Shown: positions 1 through 9,231, counted from the first letter of the stretch. The stretch is DNA of 32,000 nucleotides from Cylindrospermopsis raciborskii Cr2010 (GCF_003367075.2 NZ_CP065936.1:120001-152000), one strand, 5' to 3'. Numbers and translations: made by a program. Notes: generated from the letters alone by a model not told the origin.

Positions 1-2
1 CG

Positions 3-3000
3 GTGGCTTTGCAATATCGCATTGGAACAACGGGTAATTTCACGAATATTCCTAGCGGTTATGTTGCTGATGCCAGTTCTGGTCCTAGCTTCGCAAATTT
101 GGTGACACCTGTTAGCGCTATTTTGCCCACAGAAGCAGAAAACCAAGCTCAATTACAGGTAAGGATTATCACCACAAATGCTCTAGGCAACGATGAATGG
201 ATTGGTATTGATAATATAAATATTGTGGGCACGCCACAAACTGCTTCGGCATCGGGAATAACCCTTACCCAGTCGGGCAACTCTACCGATCTAGCTGAAG
301 GTGGTGGGACTGATACTTACTCTGTGGTGCTGAATAGTCAACCCACCGCGAATGTGACAATCGCCATTAATGCAGGTCCACAACTCACTACTAATATTAC
401 CAGTCTCACGTTTACGCCACAAGACTGGAATGTTGCCCAAATTGTCACAGTAGCAGCGATTAATGATGCTACCTTTGAGGGTAATCACACGGGTACATTG
501 ACCCATGCGGTAACAAGTGCGGATACTAATTACAATAGTTTATCTGTTGCCAATGTTACTGCTAATATTACTGATAATGAGGCAGAAACCGCGCCTACGA
601 TTCAGATTCGCATTACTGAATATATGTATTCAGGGGCAAATGGTGAATTTGTTGAATTAACCAATATTGGCAATACAACGGTCGACCTTACGGACTGGAG
701 CTATGACGACAATTCGCGAATTCCCGGTTCCTTCTCATTAAGCGGTTTTGGCACTGTCCAGGCTGGGGAATCGGTAATCTTTACGGAAGCAACTAATACC
801 AGTGACTTCCGCACGGCTTGGGGATTAGCGCCGTCGGTAAAAGTGATTGCAGGTTCCAATCAAGGGTTGGGGCGTGCTGATGAGATCAATATCTACAATC
901 AGAATAATCAACGGGTTGATCGCCTGACCTATGACGATGGCACGATCAGTGGTTCTGTCCGCACCCAAAATGTCAGCGCTTGGACAGGTGTAACAAATTT
1001 GGGGCTGAATGATGCGACCAAGTGGCAACTCTCTACTGTCGCTGATGCTCAAGGTTCGGTGACATCCACAGGCGGAGATATTGGTAATCCTGGACGCTAT
1101 GCAATCGGCACTGTGCCAAGCATCGTCTTGACCCAAACCGGTGGCAACACTAGCATTATGGAAGGTGGCGCAACTGATACCTATACTCTCGCCCTAACTA
1201 CCACCCCAACTGCTCCGGTAAATATCAATGTTACCGTCACCGATGGGCAGACTTTGGTTAGTACGGATGGTGTAAATTTTGCAACCACAGCAATTTTTGC
1301 TTTAACGGATAGCATTGCTAAAACAATTACGGTGCGAGCTGTTGATGACAGCATTTTTGAATTCAAGCCCCATACTGGTGCGATCGCCCATACAGTGACT
1401 AGCAATGATTCTACTTATAACAGTCTTACTATTCCTAACCTCAATATCAGCATTGGGGATAACGATACTGCTCCTAATCTACCCGCAATCAGGATTACGG
1501 AATATCAATACGATGGCAATGGCAGTGAATTTTTTGAGTTGACTAATATTGGGAACACGGCCATCGATTTGACAGGATGGAGCTATGACGATGACTCAAG
1601 AATTGCTGGTACTGTTTCACTTAGTGACTTTGGCATCCTGCAGGCGGGGGAATCGGTCATTATTACGGAAGCTGGAGCGGAGATTTTTCGTGCTGATTGG
1701 GGACTTGCACCAACAGTGAAAATCATCGGTGGCTTAACCGTTAACCTCGGGCGCGAAGATGAAATCAATATCTTCAACAATAATGGAATCCTTGTCGATA
1801 GCTTGATCTATGGTGACAGCACCAGATTCCCCGGTACAGGGCGCACCCAAAATGTCAGCGCTTGGACAGCGGCGGCCAATTTGGGCAAGAACGATATTAC
1901 CCAATGGGCTTTGTCAACGGTTGGCGATGGTCTAAATTCTTATAACTCCCTGAGTGGTGGTACGGGTAACCCCAGTAGTTATAGCAGTGCGTCTGTGCCA
2001 AGTCCCGCAATATTAATAGCGCAGTCAGGTGGCAATACTGCCATTACGGAGGGTGTTTCAACTGATACCTACACAGTGGTACTCAGAAGCCAACCCACCG
2101 CCAATGTTACGGTTGATGTGGTGGCTAGTTCCCAATTGAATGTAACTAATACTTCCCTCACTTTTACCCCTGCCAATTGGAATGTGGCACAAACGGTGAC
2201 AGTGACTGGGGTTGACGATAATTTGTTTGAAGATGCACATACGGGTGCAATCAGCCATAGTGCCACTAGTACGGATACGCGCTACAACCGTATTACTATT
2301 CCCTCGGTGAATGTGAACATTACTGATAATGATGTGGCGGTGGGCGCAGTTCCTTCAATTACCGAAAATACCACTTCACCTTTGATCAGTTTAGCGACCA
2401 CGGGGATAGGCGTATTGAGTGGGGTGATTGGTGATCCCACAGACCCCGCGAGTACCTTGGGCATTGACTTTGCGATCGCTGATGCAGATACGTCTTTAAA
2501 TAATCTTACTGTGACAGTAAGTAGCAGCAATCAAACGGTTGTCACCAATGGCAATTTGGTTTTGAGTGGCACAGACATAACCCGCAACCTCAAGATCACG
2601 CCTACGGGTGTGGGCTTTTCCGATATCACCTTGACAGTCAATGATGGCAATAATGTTGTCACTTACAAAATCAATTACGCGGCTTCCCAAGGTTCTGTTA
2701 GCCCCAATACTACTCGCTTCCATACAGGCACCAGTGATGCTTCCACAGCGATCGCCATTGACGATCAATATATGTTGGTTGGAGATGACGAAGATCAACG
2801 CATTCGCCTCTACGATCGCACTAAATCGGGCGCACCAATTACCAGCTTCGATTTTGGTTCTGTGACGGGATTAACCTCAGAGGTGGATCTGGAAGGTTCG
2901 GTGAAAATTGGCAACAGGATTTACTGGATCGGTTCCCATGGTAATAACTCCAGCAATCAAGATGCTCCCAATCGTGAACGCCTGTTTGCCACCACCATCA

Positions 3001-6000
3001 CAGGTACGGGGGTGAATACCACCCTCACCTTTGCGGGATACTATCAATTTTTAGAAGATGACCTCATCGCTTGGGACAATAGCAATGGTCATGGATTGGG
3101 GGTAGGCTTCCTTGGACTTGGTGCAAGTGCAGCTTCGGGTGTATCTGTAAGCGTTGTCAATGGTTTCAATATCGAAGGTTTGACCACTTCTCCCGATGGC
3201 AATAGCCTATATGTGGCATTCCGCACACCGCTAGAACCCACTGGCGATCGCACCAAAGCCTTAATCGTTCCCGTTACCAACTTGGGCACCATTCTCAATA
3301 CCAATGGCGGTACTACAGGATCCGCCACCTTTGGCGCACCAATTCAGCTAGACCTGGGCGGACGCGGCATTCGCAGCATTGAACGCAACAGCACAGGGCA
3401 GTATGTGATCATTGCAGGAGCTGTGGGCGCATCCACAAATAGCGCTCCCAATGATTTCCGTCTTTACACATGGACAGGCAACCCTACAGACAAACCCCTA
3501 TTGCGAGCCACGGATCTCACGGCCCTGGATAGCAATGGCAGTTTTGAGGGCATTGTCACCGTTCCTGAGAACCTCACTGGTGATAGCAAGATTCAACTAT
3601 TGGTGGATAATGGGGACACCTTTTGGTATGGCAACAGCACTGCTTCCAAGAATTTGAACCAAGACAACTGGCAGAAATTCCGCACTGAAGTGGTGACCTT
3701 GGGACCGATCAAGATCCACCAAATCCAAGGTAACGCTGTCAGTCAAACTTCCGCCGGTGGCCGCGCTGATATTAGTCCACTCAATGGTCAGACAGTAACA
3801 ATCGAAGCAATCGTAGTAGGTGACTTCCAGGCTGGTGATACAGACACTAAGCGGAACTTGAACGGCTTTTACGTTCAGGAAGAAGATGCTGATGGAGATG
3901 GGAATGTACTTACGTCTGAAGGTATTTTTGTATTTGACGGCTCTAATCCTAGTGTAGCAGTCAGTCGGGGAGACAAGGTTAAAATCACAGGAACGATTAG
4001 CGAGTTCTTTGGGGAAACCCAACTTACTCCCACAACAGTTACCATCATCAGTTCTGGCAATACCCTGCCCACAGCGGCAAATATTACCCTACCCACTCCT
4101 ACCACTAGCCTCAGCCAAGGGGGAACGCCTCAGCCAGATTTGGAAGCCTTTGAAGGGATGTTAGTTAAGTTCACGAACACCCTGACGGTGACGGAGATGT
4201 TTAACCTCGATCGCTTTAACGAGATCAAGTTAGCTCAAGGCGATCGCCCCCAACAGTTCACCCAGTTTAATAACCCGGATGTAGCGGGCTATGCAGCACA
4301 CCGGGTGGAGGTTGGTTCCCGCACCATCACTTATGATGATGGGTTAAGTGTTCAAAATGCTCTGATTGGGAATCTGGATGGCTTTGGTCCTATATTTAAC
4401 ACTGCTAGTAATATCCGCATGGGGGATAGAATTACAGATTTATCTGGTGTTCTTAGCTATCAGTGGGCCGGTAATGCTGCCAGTGGTGCAACCTGGCGGG
4501 TAAGATCTACTCAGGATGGTCAGAATAGGTTTACTAAGGTAAATGATCGTCCTGTAACTCCTAAGACAGTGGGTGGTTCTATTAAAGTTACGGGTTTTAA
4601 TGTCCTTAATTACTTCAAAACAATTGATCTGCCTGGTGTGAATACGGTGATTGGTCAAGATCCTCGTGGTGCGGACAGCATGGATGAGTTTAATCGCCAA
4701 ACGGACAAACTAGTTACTGCCCTACTAGCTATCAATGCGGATGTTTTAGGTTTAGCGGAACTGGAAAATGACTTTTTGGCGGGTTCTAGTGGGAATGGGA
4801 TTGAGTACCTCACAAATCAGCTTAATGCAAAAGCTGGCGCTGGAACCTATGCCTGGGTGAATCCAGGAACTCAGTTTGTGGGCAGTGATGCGATCGCGGT
4901 GGGACTGATCTACAAACCTATGGCGGTGAGTCTGTTAGGGGATGTAGCTATTCTGAATAGTTCTGAATTTATGGATCCTAACAACACAGGGCAGGATCGT
5001 AACCGTCCTGCAGTAGCACAAACCTTCCAAGATTTAGCAACTAACGAAAAATTTACGGTAGTAGTAAATCACCTAAAGTCTAAAGGCGCTTCTGAACTAA
5101 CAGACATCAACTCTCCAGACTACGATCAAAACGATGGTCAGGGCTTCTGGAACAATACCCGGACTAAAGCAATCCAGGCGCTAGTGGACTGGCTCAACAC
5201 CAATCCTACCAAGGTGAATGACTCAGATTATCTGCTCCTTGGTGACTTTAACGCCTATGCTCAGGAAGATCCGGTGAAAGTGCTAAAAAATGCTGGCTAT
5301 ATCGACCTGGCCTCCGCATTTCATCAAGGGACTACCGCATCCTACGTGTTTGATGGTCAAACCGGTACTCTGGACTATGCCTTTGCCAGTGCAAGCCTAG
5401 CACAGCAGGTAACAGGAGCAACAGAGTGGGCGATCAACAGTGATGAGGCCGATGGGATAGACTATAACCTTGACTTCGGAAGAGATGCTGCTATTTTTGA
5501 TGGTACCACCCCTTACCGATCCTCCGATCATGACCCGGTTATTGTGGGACTTAATCTGGTCTCCTCTGTTAACGAACCTCCTCTAATTATCAGTGGAACC
5601 TCTGGCCCAGACAATTTAAAAGCAGGAGTGAACTTTGCTGGTGTAAACCAAATCATATTTACTGGAGCAGGTTCTGATATGGTAGATATTCCCATTGGCG
5701 GAGCCAAGCCCAGTCTAGGTTCCAATAGCATCTTCACTGGCAGTGGTGCAGATACAATCTCTGTGGCTGATGGAGATCGGGCCTTTGGTGGTAGTGGGCA
5801 TGACCAGTTTGATGCCACAGAAGCCACTGGCTACCGGATCTCTGGTGGTGTGGGGAATGACATCTTCTCCCTCGGTGTTAATGGTCGTGCCATCGGTGGT
5901 GATGGTGATGACCGGTTCTTCGTGGGTGAAGGTGGAGGTAATATAATCTCCGGTGGTGCTGGTGCGGATCAGTTTTGGATTCTCACTGATGACCCTACCA

Positions 6001-6200
6001 AATTAAAAGCATCTAACACGATTGTTGACTACACCATCGGTACGGATGTAATAGGCATTGCCAACCAGGTGGCCGACTCTGTGGATGATCTAACCTTGAG
6101 TGGTAGTAATATCAGCGTAAATGGTGTGTTAATTGCCACCCTCAACGGGGTGAACGCTGCAAGTGCAACCTTCGTTTTTGGCAGTCCCTTGGCCAGCTAG
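3..6200 (+). CDS. Large secreted multidomain nuclease, ExeM/NucH-like. The N-terminus lies outside the window. Domains: Calx-beta-like x3, lamin-tail (LTD) x2, phytase-like/propeller-like region, OB-like region, EEP nuclease domain, RTX-like C-terminal module.
   Basis: A 2065-codon ORF is open to the window edge. EEP motifs seen: GFNVLNYF, LGLAELEN, VVVNHLKSKG, LLLGDFNAY, SSDHDPV. The LTD signature IRITEYxY..EF(V/F)ELTNIGNT..DLT(D/G)WSYDD occurs twice. RTX nonapeptides seen: GGSGHDQFD, GGVGNDIFS, GGDGDDRFF, GGAGADQFW. Reverse-strand ORFs inside it are short and low-complexity. Confidence 0.75.
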   Translation: MALQYRIGTTGNFTNIPSGYVADASSGPSFANLVTPVSAILPTEAENQAQLQVRIITTNALGNDEWIGIDNINIVGTPQTASASGITLTQSGNSTDLAEGGGTDTYSVVLNSQPTANVTIAINAGPQLTTNITSLTFTPQDWNVAQIVTVAAINDATFEGNHTGTLTHAVTSADTNYNSLSVANVTANITDNEAETAPTIQIRITEYMYSGANGEFVELTNIGNTTVDLTDWSYDDNSRIPGSFSLSGFGTVQAGESVIFTEATNTSDFRTAWGLAPSVKVIAGSNQGLGRADEINIYNQNNQRVDRLTYDDGTISGSVRTQNVSAWTGVTNLGLNDATKWQLSTVADAQGSVTSTGGDIGNPGRYAIGTVPSIVLTQTGGNTSIMEGGATDTYTLALTTTPTAPVNINVTVTDGQTLVSTDGVNFATTAIFALTDSIAKTITVRAVDDSIFEFKPHTGAIAHTVTSNDSTYNSLTIPNLNISIGDNDTAPNLPAIRITEYQYDGNGSEFFELTNIGNTAIDLTGWSYDDDSRIAGTVSLSDFGILQAGESVIITEAGAEIFRADWGLAPTVKIIGGLTVNLGREDEINIFNNNGILVDSLIYGDSTRFPGTGRTQNVSAWTAAANLGKNDITQWALSTVGDGLNSYNSLSGGTGNPSSYSSASVPSPAILIAQSGGNTAITEGVSTDTYTVVLRSQPTANVTVDVVASSQLNVTNTSLTFTPANWNVAQTVTVTGVDDNLFEDAHTGAISHSATSTDTRYNRITIPSVNVNITDNDVAVGAVPSITENTTSPLISLATTGIGVLSGVIGDPTDPASTLGIDFAIADADTSLNNLTVTVSSSNQTVVTNGNLVLSGTDITRNLKITPTGVGFSDITLTVNDGNNVVTYKINYAASQGSVSPNTTRFHTGTSDASTAIAIDDQYMLVGDDEDQRIRLYDRTKSGAPITSFDFGSVTGLTSEVDLEGSVKIGNRIYWIGSHGNNSSNQDAPNRERLFATTITGTGVNTTLTFAGYYQFLEDDLIAWDNSNGHGLGVGFLGLGASAASGVSVSVVNGFNIEGLTTSPDGNSLYVAFRTPLEPTGDRTKALIVPVTNLGTILNTNGGTTGSATFGAPIQLDLGGRGIRSIERNSTGQYVIIAGAVGASTNSAPNDFRLYTWTGNPTDKPLLRATDLTALDSNGSFEGIVTVPENLTGDSKIQLLVDNGDTFWYGNSTASKNLNQDNWQKFRTEVVTLGPIKIHQIQGNAVSQTSAGGRADISPLNGQTVTIEAIVVGDFQAGDTDTKRNLNGFYVQEEDADGDGNVLTSEGIFVFDGSNPSVAVSRGDKVKITGTISEFFGETQLTPTTVTIISSGNTLPTAANITLPTPTTSLSQGGTPQPDLEAFEGMLVKFTNTLTVTEMFNLDRFNEIKLAQGDRPQQFTQFNNPDVAGYAAHRVEVGSRTITYDDGLSVQNALIGNLDGFGPIFNTASNIRMGDRITDLSGVLSYQWAGNAASGATWRVRSTQDGQNRFTKVNDRPVTPKTVGGSIKVTGFNVLNYFKTIDLPGVNTVIGQDPRGADSMDEFNRQTDKLVTALLAINADVLGLAELENDFLAGSSGNGIEYLTNQLNAKAGAGTYAWVNPGTQFVGSDAIAVGLIYKPMAVSLLGDVAILNSSEFMDPNNTGQDRNRPAVAQTFQDLATNEKFTVVVNHLKSKGASELTDINSPDYDQNDGQGFWNNTRTKAIQALVDWLNTNPTKVNDSDYLLLGDFNAYAQEDPVKVLKNAGYIDLASAFHQGTTASYVFDGQTGTLDYAFASASLAQQVTGATEWAINSDEADGIDYNLDFGRDAAIFDGTTPYRSSDHDPVIVGLNLVSSVNEPPLIISGTSGPDNLKAGVNFAGVNQIIFTGAGSDMVDIPIGGAKPSLGSNSIFTGSGADTISVADGDRAFGGSGHDQFDATEATGYRISGGVGNDIFSLGVNGRAIGGDGDDRFFVGEGGGNIISGGAGADQFWILTDDPTKLKASNTIVDYTIGTDVIGIANQVADSVDDLTLSGSNISVNGVLIATLNGVNAASATFVFGSPLAS
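255..2333 (+). repeat. Intragenic domain repeats. Calx-beta-like module x3 (about 255-584, 1122-1464, 2010-2333), interleaved with LTD x2 (about 606-1104, 1491-1985).
   Basis: Recurrent peptide blocks: (I)xLTQSGGNT..EGG.TDTY.V.L.SQPTANVT...FTP..WNVAQ.VTV...DD..FE..HTG...H..TS.D..YN......N..I.DN(E/D). Also IRITEY.Y.G...EF.ELTN...DLT.WSYDD.SRI.G...LS.FG..QAGESVI.TEA...F...WGLAP.VK.I. Confidence 0.6.
4581..5558 (+). other. Endonuclease/exonuclease/phosphatase (EEP) catalytic domain of the nuclease ORF.
   Basis: Runs from IKVTGFNVLNYF to SSDHDPVIVGLNL and carries the ordered EEP motifs listed for the parent CDS. Confidence 0.7.
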
Positions 6201-6288
6201 TAGAGATTAAATTGGCCTGAGCTTTTGTGTTTTTGTGGTGAATTTATACCACAAAGACACAGATTATTGAAGAAATACTTTAACTTAA
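5715..6288 (+). repeat. Copy A of the shared 3' module (RTX-like C-terminal coding region plus about 90 bp downstream).
   Basis: Collinear with 8639-9212 at a constant offset of 2924 with no indels. I count roughly 25-30 mismatches by eye. There is a 210-bp run (5870-6079) with none. Confidence 0.9.
6226..6261 (+). other. Conserved RNA hairpin 26 nt after the nuclease stop codon (14-bp stem, 8-nt loop, no U-tract).
   Basis: TGTGTTTTTGTGGT / GAATTTAT / ACCACAAAGACACA. All 14 positions pair, one as a G-U wobble. A paralogous copy lies at 9150-9185. Confidence 0.55.
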
Positions 6289-6308
6289 CCCTAACCATAC
6301 CTTAAACA
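6279..6308 (+). promoter_or_regulatory. Candidate Pho box (SphR/PhoB-type): three 8-bp direct repeats at 11-bp spacing, upstream of the PhoX-like gene.
   Basis: TTTAACTT (6279), CCTAACCA (6290), CTTAAACA (6301). Each matches 6 of 8 positions of the published cyanobacterial consensus CTTAACCT, with 3-bp linkers. A TAGAGT -10-like hexamer lies at 6329-6334, and the ATG is 120 nt downstream. Confidence 0.4.
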
Positions 6309-6427
6309 AATTATCTGTATTTATCCTGTAGAGTTACCAAAGAAGTTTTACCCTCTCAGGAATATCTTTAACTAGATCCTGGGAAAACTGAGATTTCACC
6401 GTAGATTCACAGCAAATAAGGAAAGAT

Positions 6428-9124
6428 ATGGCAACTGATATAACAAAAATTCTCATTGGCGAAACCACGGCCCTAATTCCCCAGGCCGGCGCCTCCACTG
6501 CACCTGAACATTTACTCGATGGTGGTAGCGGTGATACTGACTTCCCTTATGGAAAGTTCAAAGCGATGGCAACCGTGGGTGAAATTGATCCCAAAACCGG
6601 GCATGTATTAACAGGTTGGCCCGATGGTCAAGCAGCCTGGCTACTGGATGAAGACACTATCCGCGTTGCCTACCAGTCTGAGTCGTACGCCACCTTCGTC
6701 AAAGAAACCTATGGGTGGAAAATGGATAGTGGTGTGAGCTTTACCGGTTCCCACGTCCACGTCATCGACTACAATCGGGCTGCTTTTGCTGACTTCCTCA
6801 ACAACAACAGTCCCGCCAGCAAGATGTTTGAAGGAGCAGGACATCTATTTAATACCGTATATAACGTTTTTGGTGAAATTGTAGATGGCAAGAATGCTGA
6901 TCCTAAAGATTTGAGTGCAAAGTGGGGCAACCAAACGGGGGCAGATGGAACCCTTTACGAGTTTGACGAAAGATATCGCCTAACTCAAGGTGACTGGTTC
7001 TTCCACTCCTTCTGCGGTGCTTATTACGAGGAAGCGAACAAGTATGGTAACGGTATTGGCTTTGCCGATGATGTGTGGCTGATGGGTGAAGAGTGGAACA
7101 TTGGTCAGATGTATAGCAGTCGTGGTGGAGATAAATTCTTCACTGACAACACCATGGGTTTGGCTTCCATGGTAGTGGATATTGCCAATAAAACTGCTTA
7201 CACTGTCCCAGTTTTAGGACAGTCTGGCTACGAGAAAATACTGCCCATCAACTCCGGTCATAAGGACTATGTTGTTCTGGTTATGTCCGGTTATAACCTG
7301 GAGGTTGAACCCGCGCCTCTGAAGATCTATATTGGCAAGAAGAATGTGGATGCGGCGGGCAAGGCGATGAATTACAACACAGCTTCTGCTCGCGACGCCT
7401 TTCTGGGTCGCAATGGTTTACTCTTCGGTCAGCTCTATGGTATGGCTGCCACCAATGATACCTATGCAGACCTGGGCATTGCCAACGTAGACGCGGATAC
7501 TGAAATGCTGAATGCCTACACCGCTGATGCAGATGCTCCTGATACTTTCAAAGTGCGTTACTACCCCACGAAATATCGCTGGGATGGCTTCGACACCCCT
7601 GAAAATGCTGGTAAAACAGAGGTCTACCGGTGGCTGCAAGATGGTGACACTGTAGGTGGTGTGAAGGAAGCAAATGAGCAACCAGAAGGTTATACCTTCT
7701 TCAATGGTGACAGCAAAGTTGAGCACCCAGCAGTAGATCCAGATATCACCCAGTCTCGCTACGTGATCAACCTAACGGATGCCCGTTCTATTTTGGGTAT
7801 TGACTTTAACAACATCGTTACTGATCTGACCAACGATGCTGACGGTAACGGCTTACCGGATTACCTGTCCGCAGATGTAACTCGAGTCCTGGCAGGTGTG
7901 GATGGTGCTCTCGTCTTAGAAACCAATGGTAAAGGGGCAGCTCCTACGGGTCCAAACAACCCCGCTAGCTCTTTAACCCATGCAATTCATGTGGAACAGG
8001 GCAAGGCCTACGCAGATCAACCTGATGGTCTCCAGTGGGTCAAAACTTCTGATGGTGACTACCTCATCCTAGATGAAGATTCGGGTAACGATTACGGCGA
8101 GCGGAAGTACGTTCTGCCCATTGATTCCGAGACGTTACAATTGACAGATCCTGGTACAGGTTACTTCCTGGCTTCCGCTGGCGGTTCTCTTAACCCCCGT
8201 GCTAAGGACAAGGTTGCTGCCATCCCTGGCACCTTCTCAAGAGCTACAGGCGCTGAGTTTTCCGGTACTTGGAATGTCACCCACTTAGTAGCCAAGAAGG
8301 AAGACGGCAGTTTCTACACCCAGGAAGAACTTGATGGAACTGGTGCTCAAAGAATCATTGGTAGTTTGCCATTGGAAGAGCAGACCTTTATCGGTGTGGT
8401 GCAGCAAGGTGGGGAATCGGGCGGCATTCTGGCAGAACGCAAAGCAGACCAAGGTGGTCAAATTTTCATGTTCAACATTACGGAACCCCTTGAGTTCGTC
8501 AAGCCCCTGATTACTGGCACTCCCAATGCTGACACAATCCAAGCTGGGGTTGGGGAATTTACCGGAGTCAATAGTCTGGTGTTTACAGGTGCTGGCAAGG
8601 ATGAAGTGGATATCCCCATAGGGGGAGCTAAACTCTACCTAGGTTCCAATAGCATTTTCACTGGCAGTGGTGCGGATACAATCTCTGTGGCTGATGAAGA
8701 CCGGGCCTTTGGTGGTAGTGGGGATGACGAGTTTGATGCTACAGAAGCCACTGGCTACCGGATCTCTGGTGGTGTGGGGAATGACATCTTCTACCTCGGT
8801 GTTAATGGTCGTGCCATCGGTGGTGATGGTGATGACCGGTTCTTCGTGGGTGAAGGTGGAGGTAATATAATCTCCGGTGGTGCTGGTGCGGATCAGTTTT
8901 GGATTCTCACTGATGACCCTACCAAATTAAAAGCATCTAACACGATTGTTGACTACACCATCGGTACGGATGTAATAGGCATTGCCAACCAGGTGGCCGA
9001 CTCCGTGGATGACCTGACCTTGAGTGGTAGTAATATCAGCTTAAATGGTGTGTTAATTGCTACCCTTAACGGGGTGAATGCTGCAAGTGCAACCTTCGTT
9101 TTTGGCAATCCTTTGGCCAGCTAG
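6428..9124 (+). CDS. Secreted PhoX-like (DUF839-type beta-propeller) phosphatase candidate with an RTX-like C-terminal module.
   Basis: 898-aa ORF with the SD-like AAGGAAAG upstream of the ATG and no N-terminal signal peptide. PhoX-reminiscent blocks: GWPDGQAAW...VAYQSE, HSFCGAYYEE...GEEW, QSGYEKI, PDGLQWV..DGDYLILDEDSG, GAEFSGTW, VVQQGGESGG. The C-terminal 190 aa is shared with both neighbouring genes. Confidence 0.5.
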   Translation: MATDITKILIGETTALIPQAGASTAPEHLLDGGSGDTDFPYGKFKAMATVGEIDPKTGHVLTGWPDGQAAWLLDEDTIRVAYQSESYATFVKETYGWKMDSGVSFTGSHVHVIDYNRAAFADFLNNNSPASKMFEGAGHLFNTVYNVFGEIVDGKNADPKDLSAKWGNQTGADGTLYEFDERYRLTQGDWFFHSFCGAYYEEANKYGNGIGFADDVWLMGEEWNIGQMYSSRGGDKFFTDNTMGLASMVVDIANKTAYTVPVLGQSGYEKILPINSGHKDYVVLVMSGYNLEVEPAPLKIYIGKKNVDAAGKAMNYNTASARDAFLGRNGLLFGQLYGMAATNDTYADLGIANVDADTEMLNAYTADADAPDTFKVRYYPTKYRWDGFDTPENAGKTEVYRWLQDGDTVGGVKEANEQPEGYTFFNGDSKVEHPAVDPDITQSRYVINLTDARSILGIDFNNIVTDLTNDADGNGLPDYLSADVTRVLAGVDGALVLETNGKGAAPTGPNNPASSLTHAIHVEQGKAYADQPDGLQWVKTSDGDYLILDEDSGNDYGERKYVLPIDSETLQLTDPGTGYFLASAGGSLNPRAKDKVAAIPGTFSRATGAEFSGTWNVTHLVAKKEDGSFYTQEELDGTGAQRIIGSLPLEEQTFIGVVQQGGESGGILAERKADQGGQIFMFNITEPLEFVKPLITGTPNADTIQAGVGEFTGVNSLVFTGAGKDEVDIPIGGAKLYLGSNSIFTGSGADTISVADEDRAFGGSGDDEFDATEATGYRISGGVGNDIFYLGVNGRAIGGDGDDRFFVGEGGGNIISGGAGADQFWILTDDPTKLKASNTIVDYTIGTDVIGIANQVADSVDDLTLSGSNISLNGVLIATLNGVNAASATFVFGNPLAS

Positions 9125-9212
9125 TAGGGATTAAATTGGTCTAAGCTTTTGTGTCTTTGTGGTGAATTTATACCATGGAGACACAGATTACTTGTGAAAT
9201 ACTTTAACTTAA
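8639..9212 (+). repeat. Copy B of the shared 3' module.
   Basis: See copy A. Identity continues past the stop codon (9122-9124), through the hairpin, to the motif AAATACTTTAACTTAA. Confidence 0.9.
9150..9185 (+). other. Second copy of the conserved RNA hairpin, after the PhoX-like gene.
   Basis: TGTGTCTTTGTGGT / GAATTTAT / ACCATGGAGACACA. The four substitutions relative to copy A all preserve pairing in the plus-sense RNA (one U-G becomes C-G; three Watson-Crick pairs become G-U wobbles). Confidence 0.55.
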
Positions 9213-9231
9213 TTAACCTATTCTTAAATTC

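Noticed and set aside
291-5827. Numerous 65-140 aa minus-strand ORFs inside the nuclease gene, with similar ones inside the other long genes.
   Set aside because: They are antisense to a continuous 2065-codon ORF with clear domain motifs, and they have no motifs or RBS of their own. They are typical shadow ORFs.
5743-5946. Alternative-frame ORFs 5743-5946 and 8667-8870 (MVQIQSLWLMEIGPLVVVGMTS...).
   Set aside because: They arise from the Gly-codon-rich RTX region read in another frame. They are duplicated only because the underlying DNA is duplicated, and they lie fully within well-supported CDSs.
9203-9230. A second Pho-box-like TTAA repeat set (TTTAACTT, ATTAACCT, CTTAAATT) upstream of gene 3.
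   Set aside because: The spacing is 9 then 11 bp, because of a 2-bp deletion relative to copy A. The last box ends 1 nt before the ATG, which leaves no room for a -10 element or leader. It is more likely a passenger of the duplicated segment than a working promoter.
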